A stretch of DNA of 64,000 bases from positions 10,476-74,475 of the forward strand of contig NZ_CALNCS010000021.1 of assembly GCF_937875145.1 (NCBI RefSeq), read 5' to 3'. The DNA is from Alkalibaculum bacchi (GTDB taxonomy: Bacteria > Bacillota > Clostridia > Eubacteriales > Alkalibacteraceae). Under the pieces are notes generated by a model. It was not told the DNA's origin. It searched no databases and worked only from the letters and a program-made list of their open reading frames with translations. Positions within the stretch are counted from its first letter, which is position 1; the number at the start of each line of letters is the position of its first letter. Below are positions 62,373 to 64,000 of this stretch, one piece after another. The position numbers and the translations under genes were made by a program.

Positions 62373-62407
62373 TAGGGAACGACGAAGGCGTCGTTCCCTA
62401 CTTTTTT
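62373..62407 (+). terminator. REP-like hairpin / terminator after the fol-HD operon
   Basis: TAGGGAACGACG-AAGG-CGTCGTTCCCTA followed by CTTTTTT. Confidence 0.7.
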
Positions 62408-62541
62408 ACCAGAAGGCAAGTATCACCTTTCCTACCTAGCTGCTTTCTCCAATATACTAATATGTCAATTTACAAAGTTTCACTTTGAGCCTTTCACTTA
62501 TAAAGTTTTCCCATCCAACCGACCCATGAATCAACGAATAA

Positions 62542-63183
62542 TCAGACAATTATATACTTGAAAATCATCACAAAATGAAAAAAACTACCTAACAGAATAA
62601 AGACATGAAAAATCTCATGAAATCCGAATTCGCCTATTTTGCATTTTTCGGATTTTTTGCCGTATATGATGGCTCCAACAGAATACATGACTCCTCCTAA
62701 TACTAGTAGCGCAATTGCGAAGGCAGGTAGAGCCTTTGATATAGGATAAATAAAAAATATAGATATCCAACCTAATAATAAATAAAATCCAGTAGAAAGC
62801 CATCTAGGTGCATTCATCCAAAAAATCTTGAGTACAATGCCTATAAGGGCGAGAAGCCAAATGAGACCTAGTAAAAGGTATCCTAAGAAGCCTTTTAATG
62901 TAATCAAGCAGATAGGCGTATAGGTGGATGCAATTAATACATAAATCATTATGTGATCTATTTTTCTTAGAAACTCTAATTTCTCTATAGAGGCGATTTT
63001 CCAATGATAGACCGTCGAAGCAGTATATAAGCCAATTAGCCCAAGTGAAAAGACAATGGAGCTGATAAGATTTTCATAAGAAAAATGATTTATTGTAGAC
63101 ATTAACAACAAAGCTAAAGCAAGGAAGGACAAAACTACTCCTATTAAATGGGTAATAGAGTTTATTGGTTCTCTACATTTCAT
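62542..63183 (-). CDS. hemolysin III / PAQR family membrane protein
   Basis: NSITH, STVYH, DHIMIY..ASTYTP, FHEIFHVF motifs. Confidence 0.92.
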   Translation of the reverse strand: MKCREPINSITHLIGVVLSFLALALLLMSTINHFSYENLISSIVFSLGLIGLYTASTVYHWKIASIEKLEFLRKIDHIMIYVLIASTYTPICLITLKGFLGYLLLGLIWLLALIGIVLKIFWMNAPRWLSTGFYLLLGWISIFFIYPISKALPAFAIALLVLGGVMYSVGAIIYGKKSEKCKIGEFGFHEIFHVFILLGSFFHFVMIFKYIIV

Positions 63184-63340
63184 ATAAACAACACCTTTCA
63201 CATAGTAATCAATACTATATCATATGATAATAATAAAATTTTATTTAGTATATGTCAAGGTTATCTTTGTAATTGCTATATAAATATTATATAATTCCTT
63301 TTAGATTGAGAATTTGCATTTTATTCAGGAGGGGTATCCT

Positions 63341-63835
63341 TTGCAAGAGTTTGAGAAGCTCCAAGAAATACAATTACCTGACATCGATTTGTACATGGAT
63401 CAAGTTTTAACTATATTAGAAAGTCAAATGGATAGTTATAAATTGCATGATGACGAGAAGGTCATGACAAAGACGATGATCAATAATTATGTCAAATCTA
63501 GACTTATAGAAAAACCAGTAAAAAAGAAGTACGGTAAAGAACAGCTCATGCAGTTGATTATGATCTACCATATGAAAAATATAATGAACTTTGCAGATCT
63601 AGAGGTGTTTTTTCAAAGGGTTATTAAAGAGGATCAAAAGGGAATAGGGCTATTATATGAAGATTTTGTACAGATTCACGACAATATGTTAGATGATTTT
63701 ATTAGTAAGGAAAAACAATTAAGTGAGCTAGAAGGCAACGATAAAATAAAAGAGCTTTTAAAAATAATAATTACAGCAGATCTAAATAAGAGAGTAGCTG
63801 AGAGAGTACTTAGGGAAATGAGGGGCAAAGAGTAA
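63341..63835 (+). CDS. DUF1836 family protein
   Basis: LPDIDLYMDQV, TKTMINNYVK motifs; GGAGG RBS before TTG 63341. Confidence 0.88.
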   Translation: MQEFEKLQEIQLPDIDLYMDQVLTILESQMDSYKLHDDEKVMTKTMINNYVKSRLIEKPVKKKYGKEQLMQLIMIYHMKNIMNFADLEVFFQRVIKEDQKGIGLLYEDFVQIHDNMLDDFISKEKQLSELEGNDKIKELLKIIITADLNKRVAERVLREMRGKE

Positions 63836-64000
63836 GAATTTGATAAGATATATATATGTTTGTATACATTTACTAACGATAGTTAGACCATGCTCAAACA
63901 CTTGTTAAAGGTATACAGCCACCAGCCATCAGTAGAAGCCTTCAAGTATATAGTACATTCCTTCATTACGCCCCGTCTCTCGATGACAACTCAAAAGGCT

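Noticed and set aside
1030..63004. numerous short antisense or overlapping ORFs in the track (e.g. 1030, 15434, 22640, 32605, 43403)
   Set aside because: Shadow frames of well-supported genes.

Overview
Chromosomal window from a low-GC, spore-forming Clostridia-type bacterium (veg, tlp, SipL-like and YhcN-like genes are present). The backbone is housekeeping: leuB end, argF, a full pyrB-I-C-F-K-D-E-carA-carB operon with an attenuator leader, cysK, nadA-B-C and folE-P-B-K. It also holds a decaying sugar-acid PTS locus (gnd, RpiR, IIC, an IID/IIB deletion chimera, IIA, a frameshifted dehydrogenase, eda). The main accessory feature is a ~13.5 kb SCC-like island integrated at the 3' end of rlmH and bounded by three 18-bp EPYHK*-coding att repeats (34796, 34873, 48328). 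The island carries a Ccr-like large serine recombinase and an unusual replication module: an orphan ORF, an OB-fold SSB-like ORF, an SF3 helicase with no recognisable primase domain, an iteron-like origin and a DUF1413-like ORF. It also carries DUF960, radC and DUF1643 remnants, a truncated methylase, hairpin-delimited micro-ORFs, an IS remnant and tandem lipoproteins. Other oddities are a CarA lacking its catalytic Cys and His, and several families of dispersed intergenic REP/heptamer-type repeats. All family calls come from motif recognition by eye; no database searches were run.
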